Shown one piece after another: positions 13,601 to 26,400 of a stretch of DNA of 64,000 bases; the first letter of the stretch is position 1, and every line of letters begins with the position of its first letter. The DNA comes from Tubiluchus corallicola (taxonomy: Eukaryota; Animalia; Priapulida). A program made the translations under genes and the position numbers. The stretch is from assembly GCA_030141605.1 (NCBI GenBank), contig JAQGDQ010000425.1, positions 62,001-126,000 of the forward strand. The letters are read 5' to 3'. The notes under the pieces are model-generated. The model ran no database searches, was not told the DNA's origin, and saw only the letters and a program-made list of their open reading frames with translations.

Positions 13601-16449
13601 ACTACACACGTTGGATAGTTCATGCATGAGCACAGCTATAAATGTGAATTTGAATTTTTATCTTAAAACTTGCCGAGTTTTAGTACAACACATTGAATCT
13701 TATACGGTAACACTGTACTTCAATTTTCGTCTTCATAAACACATGCAACATGCTCATGGAATGTTTGTGCAGTTGAGCTTGCCCACTGCTAATTAAGATC
13801 TTAAACTATTATTTAATTATCAAAAACACATTTGGAGTATTACTGGTTTTAAACCATACTTCAAAATGGTGTAGGACATCAAAAATCATTCAGTTTTCTT
13901 TTAAACAGAAATCATCTTGTTAGCGCTTAGTTCCAGCTAGCAAGCCCCATTGCAAGTTCTCATATAAATCATAAAGCACTCATATGCTCTCTTCTTAGTC
14001 AGAGTATGTCTTTTTTTGGATATCATTGTAAGGTTATTTCTTTAGCGACATGTTACCTACGAAAACGAGTAAGATAGAAGTAATCGAGGGAGCAGCGAAC
14101 AACCTTCCAGACGAATGCGCTTATGGAGCTGCCGTCAAGATATACGACTTGGCCAAGTCTCTTCGATCGTCTTCAGACCTTTTGCTTGTGCTGGTCTCTG
14201 GTGGCGGGTCTGCTCTTTTGCCCCTTCCTGTTCCACCAATCACGTTGCAGGAGAAACTCCTTGTGACAAAAGCGCTGGCGGCATCTGGTGCTAGTATACA
14301 GGAACTAAACGTGGTGAGGAGTAAACTGTCTTTGGTAAAAGGAGGTGGATTAGCAAGAGCTGCCCATCCTGCTCAGGTGAGTGTAGGAGACAGCTTTTGG
14401 GGGGTGTCAGGCACTTCTCTTATCGAACCTTTATGAGCTGACATTGTTTTTTATGCAGTAACTGCTATACTACATGAGTTTAATGAACCTACAATAGGTG
14501 GTACTAGTGTTCCTCTTTGCGGAATTTATTGCCTTGCTAGATTTTTAATGTTAAGGTGTCATAACTTTCTTATTGCAAATATAATTCTATTTTTCCAAGT
14601 ACTTTTTCAGGTACTTTTTCCAAGTACTAAAGGTGAAAATACAAACATTAAATTAACTTCTAGTAATCTAATGTAAGTGCAAGATTTTAGTTAAGGTATT
14701 TTGAAAGTCCTTTGTACTTATATAGCAAGAAAATTTTCAAGTACATTCATAGAATAGTAATTATGTTAGTAATGATGTTTTTATGTACAAAGCCTTGTTT
14801 TATGTATAAAGGACATAAGGTATTACAAAGAATCCTATAAACACTAATTAGAATTGTTTTTTAATAATTAAAAAATAAATTTTAAATTCAGAAATTCAGT
14901 AAAATATTTTTCTAAGCTTTGTTTTGTAAAAAAAAACAATAGATTGGATTTATAGTTTAGAAAACTTCTATAGTTTGGTGATGTTATATTCCTTTAAGTT
15001 AAATTGTCAGGACATTAAGATAATGAAACTAGGGTTACCATATTGTCTGAGTTGAAAAAGAGGACACTTTTTTGCACACTTGTAAGTAGGCAAAAATGAC
15101 CAGTCTAGGGTCCATTAAAACAATGCAAAATAAAATCATTTTGAGTTGCTAGCGAATACGCCGAGTATCGACAGCGGTGTGAGTCGTGTGACCCATAGTG
15201 ATGTGCGCATCGCTTACTTTTTTCTGTAAATATGTACACAAAGCTTTTACAAGGATTGCATTTTAAGATGTTAGCAACATCTTGTATTGAAAATTAACGA
15301 GCTTTTCTTTGTCTCGTACTTACGGATTGAGACAAAATCCGGACAAACTACCAATTTTTTGAAAACCCGCCCGGACAGAGGCCCAAAAAGAGGACGTGTC
15401 CGGGGAAATCTGGACGTATGGTAACCCTAAATGGAACAGCTATCTTCTGGGTGATCATATCTAGAAGTCCTGTTGTCTACATTTAACACTGCCTATAATT
15501 TTTTATTCTTTTTAACTGTTCAGGCTCTGAAATGCTTTTGCCCTGTTTTTGTTTTTGATTGCATTTCTCTTGTTAGGTTTTGACTTTGATTTTATCTGAC
15601 ATCATCAACGATCCAATTCACCTCATTGCCAGTGGACCTACGGTAATTGAACGCGATCGTAGCGGCAACTGTGTAGAGATACTACAGAAATACAATGTAA
15701 AACATAAACTGCCACGATCTGTGATCAGCATGTTAGAAACAACTGAAAAAAACTCCGAGCCAAGCAGCAACATTGATGTGAAGAATATCGTCATTGGTTC
15801 GAATAACTTAGCTTTATTGGCTGGCAAAGCAGCAGCAGAAAAATGTGGCTACGAAGCATTTATAATTTCACAGGAATTGACTGGCGAGGCACGCGACATC
15901 GGGCGCACGTTCGCTAGAATTGCATGCCATTTGATGCGATTGTACGAAAACCGTGAACAAAGTTGTGATTGCAGTGCCGTTTTGAGAGAACGTTTGTTAC
16001 TAGAGTTAGATAAGGATAAGCAGAAGAGCATTTTTATGGCTTGCAAAATGCAAAAGCCTGTGTGTCTCTTAGCAGGTGGAGAGTCAACCGTGACAGTGAG
16101 AGGATTCGGTAAAGGTGGCCGAAACCAAGAGATGGCACTTGCTTGTGGAATGGAGTTGGAGAAATTGTTTGGAGAGTCTCCAGCGATCGGCTACAGGGTT
16201 ACATTTCTTAGTTGTGGCACTGATGGACAGGATGGACCCACCGATGCCGCCGGTGCATTTGTTACCAGCGACACGATCGCCTCAGCTAGGCAAAGTGGCT
16301 TAAATCCGGAACGGTTTTTAGAAAATAATGATTCATACTCATTTTGGGAGCGATGCGATGGCGGCATGAGATTGGTGAAAACTGGTTTGACGGGCACAAA
16401 CGTCATGGATGTTCATTTGTTATTGATTGAACCAAATCAAACCTATTAA
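10674..16449 (+). CDS. GLYCTK: Glycerate kinase (class II / MOFRL family), 4 coding exons, ~520 aa
   Basis: Exons 10674-10841, 12525-12715, 14046-14376 and 15577-16449 splice in frame (1563 nt). Motifs VGFGKAVIGM, EGAANNLPD, LVSGGGSALLP, GASIQELN, KGGGLARAAHPAQV, ILSDII..IASGPT, GGESTV, GKGGRNQE, GTDGQDGPTDAAGA, NNDSY and TGLTGTNVMD match metazoan GLYCTK. Second in-frame ATG at 10761. Confidence 0.96.
12045..12280. repeat. 28-bp minisatellite (TGTGACTTTTGTGTACATGCTCGTGTGG), ~8 copies, GLYCTK intron 1
   Basis: Visible tandem array. It explains the spurious ORFs at 11965-12255. Confidence 0.9.
13322..13900. mobile_element. Kolobok/T2-like MITE, copy 2
   Basis: Flanked by TTAA on both sides (13318-13321 and 13901-13904). 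Imperfect TIRs AGGAAAACCAGA / TCAGTTTTCTT. Homologous to 391-1008. Confidence 0.7.
15030..15429. mobile_element. hAT (Blackjack-like) MITE
   Basis: Perfect 13-bp TIR TAGGGTTACCATA / TATGGTAACCCTA. 8-bp TSD AATGAAAC / AATGGAAC. Subterminal GGAC repeats (AAAAGAGGAC near both ends). Confidence 0.88.
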
Positions 16450-16719
16450 CTGACATGAGAGAAAGGAAATTGCAAAGAAAACATACTTTCAAACTTTATA
16501 TTGTGATAGAACATAGATAATTTTCATCAAGATTGTCTTCCAGAAGTAATAATGCAGGCAATTAATGGCGTGATGTAAAGGTATTTATTAATTGAATTCA
16601 TTTATATTGATGTTGATCATGTTAAATTTTATAAGGTATGCTGTAATTTCTGTTGTAACTATCATTAAATTTGTTACAGTGAAAATAGTAAATTACCTGC
16701 GAGATGAATTTATCATTTC

Positions 16720-17190
16720 AACATTGAAAGTCTATATAACCCCAACAGACATTGAAGTTTTTCAAATGCATTTTTGTGATTACACAAAGAATTAAAAGTT
16801 ATTATTAAACAAAAGAATCTTGTAAATTAAATAACTTACCTTTTTCTAGCAAATTTCAAACATGTGCATTGCCATAAAGATCGCCAAGTTTTGTGTCTTT
16901 GGCGTGAGTGAGCAAGACAGACGTACGAGATACTGAAAGCGTCTTTAGTTACCTATGTTTGTTTAATGATCTTTGGTGACCTCATGACTGTACTCACCAT
17001 GTCATTTGTATCGTGCAGTGAAAAATGGCGGTTCTTCAAATTTAATACAGCTAACAATGCAGTGATAAAAAAATCAAAAGAAATAAATTTTACAGTAAGT
17101 TTCTAATAAAATAAACTGAATATTTGTAATAACAGTAGGATTTTAAGTTGTAAAAGCTTATATTATAATGAGGGTTTAGTTTGAGCTTAA
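16720..17190. mobile_element. Dispersed repeat (probable TTAA-target MITE), copy 1
   Basis: Collinear match to 26330-26718 (tgattacacaaagaa..ttattattaaacaaaag, aaaaatggcggttcttcaaat, gtgataaaaaa.tcaaaagaa, gggtttagtttgag.ttaa). Confidence 0.75.
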
Positions 17191-19130
17191 AATCATGCTC
17201 ATTCTAGTATTTGAAGAATATTTGAGTTATAAATCACATTTCAGCTTGGCTTAACTGTAGTAGTCTTAGCGTGGTATTGTTGTTTGAATATTTGTTTAAC
17301 CTCTGAAAGACCTTCAATTGAAAGTTTAAGTAAGCAGTCCTGCAATTATTAAATTCATGGGTTGCTACTGTTTTACCCAAATATCTGAAATAGTTTCAGT
17401 AATTGCCTTCAATTTGGTGTCGAAAAAGCGAAGTGATCAAACCTCATTATCAGTTTGCATGGAATTTCTTGATCCTTGTTACAAATTTTCATAGAATTTG
17501 CTGGCAGTCAGTTTTGAAATGATAGAGCTTCGTTGCACGGGAGTTTTTCACTGAAATTGTGCTGTGAAGAATTCAACAAATTCATGGTATGATGATGAAG
17601 CACAAAGCACTTCTGGGTGAAATAAAACGCAATTCATTTAGGTTTAGTCTGCAATCGGTTTTTATTACATAAGTTATAATAAGCGTAAATGTAACCAGCG
17701 GGCAGTGAAACATAATCGTGGTGGATCCATATTTGATCATGAGTTTTATCTCAGGTGACCAGGTTTTCATTATCTGTACACACAGGTATTAAATTCTAAT
17801 CTACTTATAATTATTAATTATCTTATATCTTAAATATTAACTACAATCAAAATCTCTTTATACCACCTATATATATATATACAAATAAGCAATATGGTGC
17901 ATTGTAAGACACGTAAGTGGTGCATTGACAGATAATCACATAATTCATATGCGTAACTATTTAAAAAAAAATTTCACTCTTTGAGGCTCACTCAAAGTCG
18001 TAATTACATATTATGTTTTCCTTTCTCAACTTTCAGGTTTATTGCTCTTATACCATTGCTATTATTACATCATTTACTTCATCCTTATTTACATTAAGTT
18101 ATCTACAGAAGCCTGCATAACTATAATCATTTTTTCATTTAAGTAAGGTGAGTGTGTTAATGACTGTATGGTCGTACACTCACCTCGCACTACTCAAATT
18201 ATTTTATTTAAAGTTTATTAAAGTGTTTGATATTGCATTTTTTGATGTGTGAAATAACATTCGTAGTTCATAGTTCACCTACTTTGGGATTCCAAAAAAG
18301 GTGGCGTGACACTATAACAAGGTGCATTAATGCAAACATGTCCATGCAAATGTAGATATTTTGTTTTGCTAAAAATCTGGGCATTGAGCGAGGTTGGCAT
18401 TATAAAGAGGAGTATAATAACAAGGTTGGACTGCATATTTGACGTTATGCATTGATAGCTGTAACAAGTGTAAGAGGCTCTTATTTTGCATATTGTAACA
18501 AACCTGTGTTAAGCGACCTAGAGCTAACATTCACTGCTATCTTAGTTGTCTAGATCTAAGTAAATACTGATGGTGTCAATGTTTGCGTGTTTGATTTTTT
18601 GCAATTTCTAATCTTTTCATTTTTTATGAATTTGCAAATGTCTAGGTCACGAGTTGTGAAGCGTGCGTTGTAGACTTTTATTTATACTAACTGATAGGAT
18701 CCAATCTGACGGCGGCTGCTATTAGCACTTTATAAAGACTTACAGAAAAATACAGGAAAATTAGTAAGTGTATCAAAATTATAGTTTAAATTTTTATTGC
18801 AGTCTTAAGTAGATTTTTTTAACAAATTTATGAATAAAGTTTTATAACTTATTTATTTATGCATTTTATAACTTTATCAAAGAAGCGATAAAATTTGTCA
18901 ATAATGTATTAACGTATAATGTTAATCCAGTATTAATAATGATTGGATCAAAAACTTAATGCCCGACATCTGACAAAACTGAACATTTATCACTTTAGTT
19001 TAAGCTAAATTAAAATTAGAAGAGTTACTATCATAATTTTTCTCACTAATCAGTTCTTTACTAAACTGAGGAAAGATAAAGGGTAAATGTAAACCACAAT
19101 TCATACTTTGTTCTTTGTTGCTTTCCTTGT

Positions 19131-19267
<137 letters not shown>

Positions 19268-19324
19268 TAAGCAATTAATTAATTACTTCAAGAATTTGGC
19301 ATGAATTTTTTTGCCCTTTTCTTG

Positions 19325-19395
19325 ATCGGTGTAGTGTAGTGGTCTAAGCCTTCTGCCTTGTACGCAGAAGGTTCCGAGTTCAAATCCGGCCTTTG
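19325..19395 (+). mobile_element. tRNA-derived SINE head or tRNA pseudogene
   Basis: A-box-like TAGTGTAGTGG, B-box GAGTTCAAATCC, and an anticodon-arm hairpin CCTTCTGC-CTTGTAC-GCAGAAGG. The acceptor stem does not pair, so it is not called as a functional tRNA. Similar decayed heads at ~37250-37320 (+), ~43625-43685 (-), ~46040-46110 (-) and ~31320-31390 (-). Confidence 0.55.
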
Positions 19396-19519
19396 TTTCT
19401 GTTTTTCACAATTTCCCATTTTTCAAATTTGGTTTCAAATTTACTCAATGGTGAGTTGTACCAGCGTCAGTTAAACTCAATGAGCAAATTATCTTTTTAT
19501 ACATTTATTCGTTTAAACA

Positions 19520-19950
19520 GAATTTTGAAGTGAAAACTTATTTAGAAAATGTTGGAAATATCAATGTTAGAAACACCAAGCCTTTAGAAAAAAATCCAGG
19601 ACCAAGTATTCATCGTTTGGCTATTGAAACTGGTAGATATGTAAGGCCACTTACACCTGCTCCACGTGAAAATCCAGTTTATAGTGTTTGCAATGTTGTT
19701 GAGGATGAATGCTATTTCTATTGTACTGCTCAAAATATGACGTTGCATGTAACTTAAAATTACAACGGTTTATTAGTTTGTTCCTACTTTTAATTCTTTT
19801 TAACTGAAAATGAAAAACTGTTTTGTCTGATGCAACCGCAAAACACTGTAATACAATGTGCAGTGGCAAAAATTATCCAAACTTGCATGTAATCTATTGT
19901 ATGAAATGTTTATTATTGTTTTGATGGGTCCTGTTAACACATGTCAATAA
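19520..19950 (+). mobile_element. Degenerate non-LTR retrotransposon 3' end (ORF2 C-terminal Cys/His knuckle)
   Basis: Translation HRLAIETGRY..PRENP..VCNVVEDECYF matches the H.L.IETGR...C..C..EDE.HF motif at LINE ORF2 C-termini. AATAAA at about 19946. Confidence 0.7.
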
Positions 19951-21019
19951 AGTGTCTAATAAAAGGGGATTTTCTGATCCTGGATTATGATATAAAACTC
20001 CTCGTGTAAAAATACTAAAGCATCTGCTGTTGTTCTTGGCATGTATATTGTAAAATACCTCCACTTTTGCTTGTTAAGTAAATTTCATGTTTTTATTAAC
20101 TCTTGTATAACTGTCATTGTTATCTAAAAATCTAACTATTGCTTTATTAAAAATTTCGCATAAATAGCTTTTTTCATGAGGAACCAATTTTGGAAATCAA
20201 CGCCTGAACATGCTTTTGAGTAAAAATATCTGTGACCAAACACAGGGATTGAACTCTGGACCTTGTAATTGTTAACCATTGTATTATGGTGTTATTTCAA
20301 GACGTGTTTTATTGGACTGGCCTTGGAACATTATCAGTGTCCTAAATAGTTGCCAAGGCTAGACATGAGCTAGAACTGTGAACTGAGATTTATGTGAAAT
20401 AAAACACATGAATGACCTTTGAGCTTATTTACATACGTGACTTTTTTCTCAATTTTTGTGTGTACTTTGTTTTGTTTTTCATCTGTTGAGTTTATCATCT
20501 TAATCAGTACTTTATAGATCCTCTTAACAGTTTTAAACACTGCCTTAGTTAATGCTTCATCTGCATATTTACTCTACGAAGATTGTAACTCAGAACTCTC
20601 TTACAGTAGCACATTAGAAGATGGTGCTGTTTCCACCATCAAGGAGTGGATGGAGCTAAATACAGGAGTGTATTAACCAATAGGTTAACTAGCGTTGCCA
20701 AAGTTTGAGGGACTTATTCTCCTCGGAAAATGTGTATACTTTCATATTCATGTAAAGGGGAGCATTTTATAACACATCACAGGCAGGTACTGAGCACAGC
20801 TTTTATATAAGTGCCACATATCAAATACGTACAAGGTAGTACACAACAAGCAGTTGCCTGGCTTGCTTCAATATAAGCACTATGCAAATAACCACGTAGA
20901 AACTAGGTTAATAGTGTTTCTAATACACAACAAGTAATTGTTTGATCTGATTACATGAACAATCGTAAATTCTCAACATAGATGGGCGTGACAGAATTAT
21001 CAGCTGAGCACCTCGTAAA

Positions 21020-22077
21020 GTCTTGATACGCTTCTGCCTAAATCGCCTAAAAATGAATGAGACAGGGACTTATTATATTATTTTTGTTAACAAACTACAA
21101 ATTGATAAATGCTTATTGACATCTGTGAATGTTGATTCTAACAATGTGAAAATTAGTGACTTAGTTACATATTTGTGTGCAACTCTAGACAATCATTCAA
21201 AGCTCCCATGTACATTCTAAGTGTAAAAAGCCACTGGGTAACTTAATTCGAATTGCATTGCAGTATTTATCTAAGGACTCTGTGTAATGTATCATGTCTT
21301 TGCTTGTTTTATCAGCGAATTCATTATTTGTTGAACTCGCAGACCTTGAAGCCAATGCAAAGGGTGCAAAACTGGGCTGCTAAAGTTGTAACAGGTGTGA
21401 CAATATATGACAGTGCAACAAGTGCTTTCATTGACTATGGTCTTCATTGGCTACCAATTATTAATATTATCACCACTATTTATTTTGAAATTGCAGTACA
21501 ATTTTCAATTTGTAAGTAGCATAAAAAATAAAAATATTTACACATTATAATGAGTATAACGAAAAGGGACAATAAATAATACAGCACTAAGTCAAGAATG
21601 TTGGTGTCGGTGTAGTTTTAAAATATTAGTTTTAACCTACAAAGCATTACAAGCATTAGCTCCAGCTTACTTGGCTAATGGTCTACAATTTCATGTTTAT
21701 ATCAAGAGCACACGAGCTAGCAAAGCAAATGAATTAGAACTTGTTGTACCTTTTAATAAAAAGAAAGTCTTTGCTAATTTAGGATTTTTAAGTATTCCGC
21801 CATGACGCTGGAAAAAGCTACTAACTGAAATCAAGGAATGCTCAAATTTAAATTCTTGTAAAAGGGAACTGAAAGCTCCTCTTTTTAAGCAGCATTTTAA
21901 TGTTGTAAGTGGTGAATGTTTTGCAGATTTTTTTTGATTTATCGACAGGTCTAATTATACTACGATTTTTTAGTATTTTATGTAAATATTTTTAATTGTA
22001 TAGCATCTTAGAAAATTTTGTTTTGAAACAGCACTTTATAAAAAATTAACTATTATTATTATCATTATATTATTATG

Positions 22078-22144
<67 letters not shown>
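21020..22144 (+). mobile_element. Decayed CR1/L2-clade LINE 3' portion with (TTA)n tail
   Basis: Frameshifted fragments NRLKMNE, VTYLCATLD, MQRVQNWAAKVVTG, LHWLPI and WKKLLTEIK..KRELK are typical of post-RT CR1/L2 ORF2. It ends in a (TTA)n tract at 22050-22144. Confidence 0.75.
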
Positions 22145-22145
<1 letters not shown>

Positions 22146-23487
22146 TTCAGTAGCTTAACTGAAGGAAAAACACATTTTTGGGTGCAAAGTTTTTCTCCTT
22201 TTTTTCTTATTTATATTGTAACATTGATTTACTGAATGTATTTTAAAAAGGTGCTTAATGGACACCTTGGACTGTTTTAAAAATGTGTTTTAAAATTAAT
22301 TTTTTCCTGCATACCTTACGTAAACATTCTGCACCTGTCGAAAGTGAAATACTTATCTGTTCATAGAAATGACCTTTGCAGAAAAATTTTAAGTCAATCC
22401 TAAGTCCAGATAGCAGGTTTCATTTATTTGTTACCTAAACACAATCTTCGTAGGCAGCTGATGTCCCTTTACCTTTTTGCCGTACTGAGCAATTCAAAAA
22501 TACTTTTATACCATATGTACTTTTTATTATCAGTAAGTTTGTTGTTACTGTATAAATTGTGGCACCAAGATTTAATGGATTCTAAGTAGATCAGCCTTAA
22601 TGTAAATTATTGTCTTTTTAATGTAATTTAATTTAATCGTAATTTAAATCTCAGAGTATCTTAATGTAATGTAATGTAATCTTCAGGTTACAAGATTTTA
22701 ATAAACTTATATAATAAAATAAATTATGAAAAATACGAAGAAAAATAATTTCCGAAACGATTTAACTTACAAAACTATTTTTTTCAACTTGTTATCGTAT
22801 ACTCAGATAAAAAATACAATTATCAGCAATTGGTAAATTTACGAAGTTTGTAATTTTTCAAGAGTTCAGCATTTTTAGCAAACTAGTTGATACAAAATAA
22901 AAAAGGATGCTTTGTCAGTTTAAGTTATTTTTCACATAATGCAACAAACTTGTAGTACTTTTTTTAGTTTTTTCATATCTTGTCTTGTATGTGTTATTTA
23001 AACATGTTGTAGCAGTAATGTTGCAAGTTCGTTATTGCTGTAAAGCATATTGGAACCTATAATTCAATTCAATTCAATTTATTCATCTCGTTTAGACAAT
23101 ATAGCAATATGCGACATATAATTATGAATAATACTACACTGAGACAGGGTGGTGAACGACAAAGAAGTCACCTAGCAACCACCCTTATTTGTGGAACATA
23201 CATATTAGTTTGGTTAATTATACGACACTAGTTAACAGCTTTATACGAGATGTAATAAATGTAAGTACAAGTAGAGCGAATAAAATACGAGCGAAATGTG
23301 CTACTTTCTAGCAATCTTTTGCTATGAATTACTAAAATATAATTCCAAGAAGCAAGGTTTTCAAATGAAGAATATTGTTATACAATTGTACAAGCAAAAA
23401 ACTCAGAGTATTAGAATGTTTCAATTGCATGGGATTTGCCAAATCACTTTCATTTTCAGATATTCCACAGCAAATCCAGTAAAAATC

Positions 23488-26400
23488 ATGGATTCCTTAT
23501 CAAACCAAAGTGAAAATCTCACTTATGTCGATCCCAAGGAATTGGTTGATCTTCCTGATGGCGACCACGGCAACTTGGCAAAAAATCAGCGACAAAAGTT
23601 CAAGTCGTACGTATTCAAGGGCGTCCATTTTGAAAATCCTACTGTTCTTAATCGGCCAGATGGATTCTCGATTCTCGATTATCCAGAGACGAATTACAGC
23701 TTTCCGTGTCGTGACGACGATGTATTTGTGGTTTCTTATCCAAAGTGCGGTGAGTTAGTGATGTATTTTTATTATTTTTGGTACAGTACATAATCCAGTG
23801 ATAGCGGCAGCATCTTGACTAGTGAAGTTAAGAAGCCTTCAAGGCTGGCCAGTGACTGGATGCGTGAACCGCTTTGACTTTAGCACCCGGGAGGTTTCAC
23901 TCTCTGTACAGCTGATTTCAGTTATGTACAGACATTCTGTGCTACTTTGTCCTTATAAAAGAATCTCCAACAACATAATTGTTTAGCTTGTATCGTTTAA
24001 TTTTTATAGTTCTTACATTTAGTTAGACGATTATATTTAAATTGTCTTCAATTAATTTTCCGTAATTTCTCTATGTGCGATATTTAGACCAAATTGTTGT
24101 AGTTTAACAACTTTTTAAGTAAATTATAAAACCTAATTAGGGTAATCACTCTAATCGATTGTGTCTAAATTTAATCAACATTTAAGATTTAAGAAACTTA
24201 CATGGTGATCCTTTATAAGTGTAATTATAAAATTATAACTAATAAAACAACATTTCTGAACAATATGTAACCTCAATCTACATGAAACAATTTAACAGGA
24301 CATGGCCGCTCTAAAACCAGCAAGAATTCCAGTTTAAAACAGCAAATGTGGTTAAGTTCTATGGTTTGTCCTAGAGAGTACTCTTGATAATGAGCTAGGT
24401 TCTGGTCTAGCCTCAACCGTCTAATCTGAATTTGCCATTGAATGCTGAATTCTGGCTTGCAGAATTCCGAGTTGTATTAAGAAGAATCATTTCTTTTTCA
24501 AGGCTAAAGTGTTTTTTTCATTAATTTTTCTGTGCATCTAAAATAGAAATAACTCAGATTTTTTAAAAAAACATTTTCAGGAAACACTTGGACTAGGGAA
24601 GTTGTGACGCTCATAATGCACGATCCTGACGTGCTGAGAGAAGACAAACGCAACATTGAAGTGCGAGCGCCCCAGCTCGGCAACCGGTAATGATCAAACG
24701 TTGAGAACTTATATTATGTATAAAATTAACCGCTATCGTTAATGTGTATTTGTTGCTACGTTTTTTGTGTACATGTTGCTACTTGTTTGTTGTGTTTTTA
24801 ATAAATTAATTAATTGTTGTATTGCATTAAATTTCAATAAATCGTTGTCCACCAAATTTTATATAGAAGCCTATATTTAATAATACTACATAAGCTCTCT
24901 AGATGATGTTAAATTCTTGGAAACAATTGTATACTATCAGTGACGTATAACGATGCCCTAGGTTGGTTTTTCACTCCTGTCAACCCTATTATGGCTGTTT
25001 ACATGTGATACATAGTATTACTACTTTTGTACCTATGTCGTTATTGTTAATTACATACATGTACATAGTGAAAATATCTGTAAACACTGCATAACTACTT
25101 GTGATGATTGTCTTTATGTGTTAATTGTGTGAACTATACTTGTTCATTATGTGGCACTTATGTAAAAGTGGAATCTGTAATTGCTTGTGGTGTGTTGTAA
25201 CTATTGATATTCTAAGTGTAATCTAGGGACAATGATTGCATCTACATCGTCGAAATTTTTGGCAATTTCCAAAAAAACACAAAAAACTTGCTGGCCTATA
25301 CACGCATTACAAAACTGTTCATAAGTAATTATGTGGCATTAGTGCCTTATGTGAAATATGAAAAGATACACACAAAATATGAAATGTGAATAGGCCCTAA
25401 AAATTTGGTGCCCCGGGCTATAGTATAGTTAGCCTATTGGTAAATATGCCCCTGGATACTTTACTGCTTTTGTAGATTAGTTTAAATTTAACTTTTAAAT
25501 GTAAATTTACATTAATTTTTGTGCATATAATAACTAGTCTATAACTAACTAATGTCACACTTTCTATGGTGTATATTTATGCCACTTTGGCTCACTAGTT
25601 TCATGTGTTCAGTCTAATTTATTTTGGCAACTGGAAAATGCACCAATGTGAACAACTGACCAACAAGATCAGCAGCAGTGTAGGTAATCCATTATTATTC
25701 TGCTTGCCTAATAGAGAGATGCTGTGTTGCCTTGAAATTAAACAGAAGAGAAACATAAATTACCATGAAGATGCAACAAGTTGAGCCGTTTCATCAGTTA
25801 CATAAAACAGTAACTATTATTTTTCGTCATTGTAGTTTTGTAATACTGCAATTTGTAATTAGTGTAAGGACCATTGTGATTTCGTTGATAATGAAGTGTT
25901 ACTATGGTATGTTTTAGTTGGAAGGGTTATGAGTACACTCCTTACGAAGAGATGATGTCACCGAGGGTGTTTAAGTCTCATTATCCTCTACACGTTCTTC
26001 CAAAAGAAGCCATTGACAAGAAATGTAAGGTAAGAAGAAATGAAAAAATACGTAATAAGAACAGCAGAATGCTCATGTTCACAATTATGTGTTTTAGTGG
26101 GTTTTACTTAATTGCTCAACTGGATCCTCTATGAACAATCAGCCATAAGTTCTCTGAGTATTAGAAAACTTTGAAAGACATCAACCCATGTATAAGTATA
26201 GAACAATTCTTCCTTACACGGTCACTAAGCGAATATGATTCATGCTAAACTTTAAATGGCGAGTCTCGCTGTACCTGTGTTTTTTAATGTTTGTCATTAG
26301 CATCACAGGTGCCTAGAAACTACACGACATTTTAAAGCCTGTATAGCCATTGAAGTTTCTTAATGCATTATCATGATTACACAAAGAAATCATAGTTATT

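Noticed and set aside
19325-19395. Functional tRNA-Thr(TGT) gene
   Set aside because: A/B boxes and the anticodon arm are present, but the acceptor and T stems do not pair properly. It is better explained as a SINE head or pseudogene. tRNAscan-SE would settle it.
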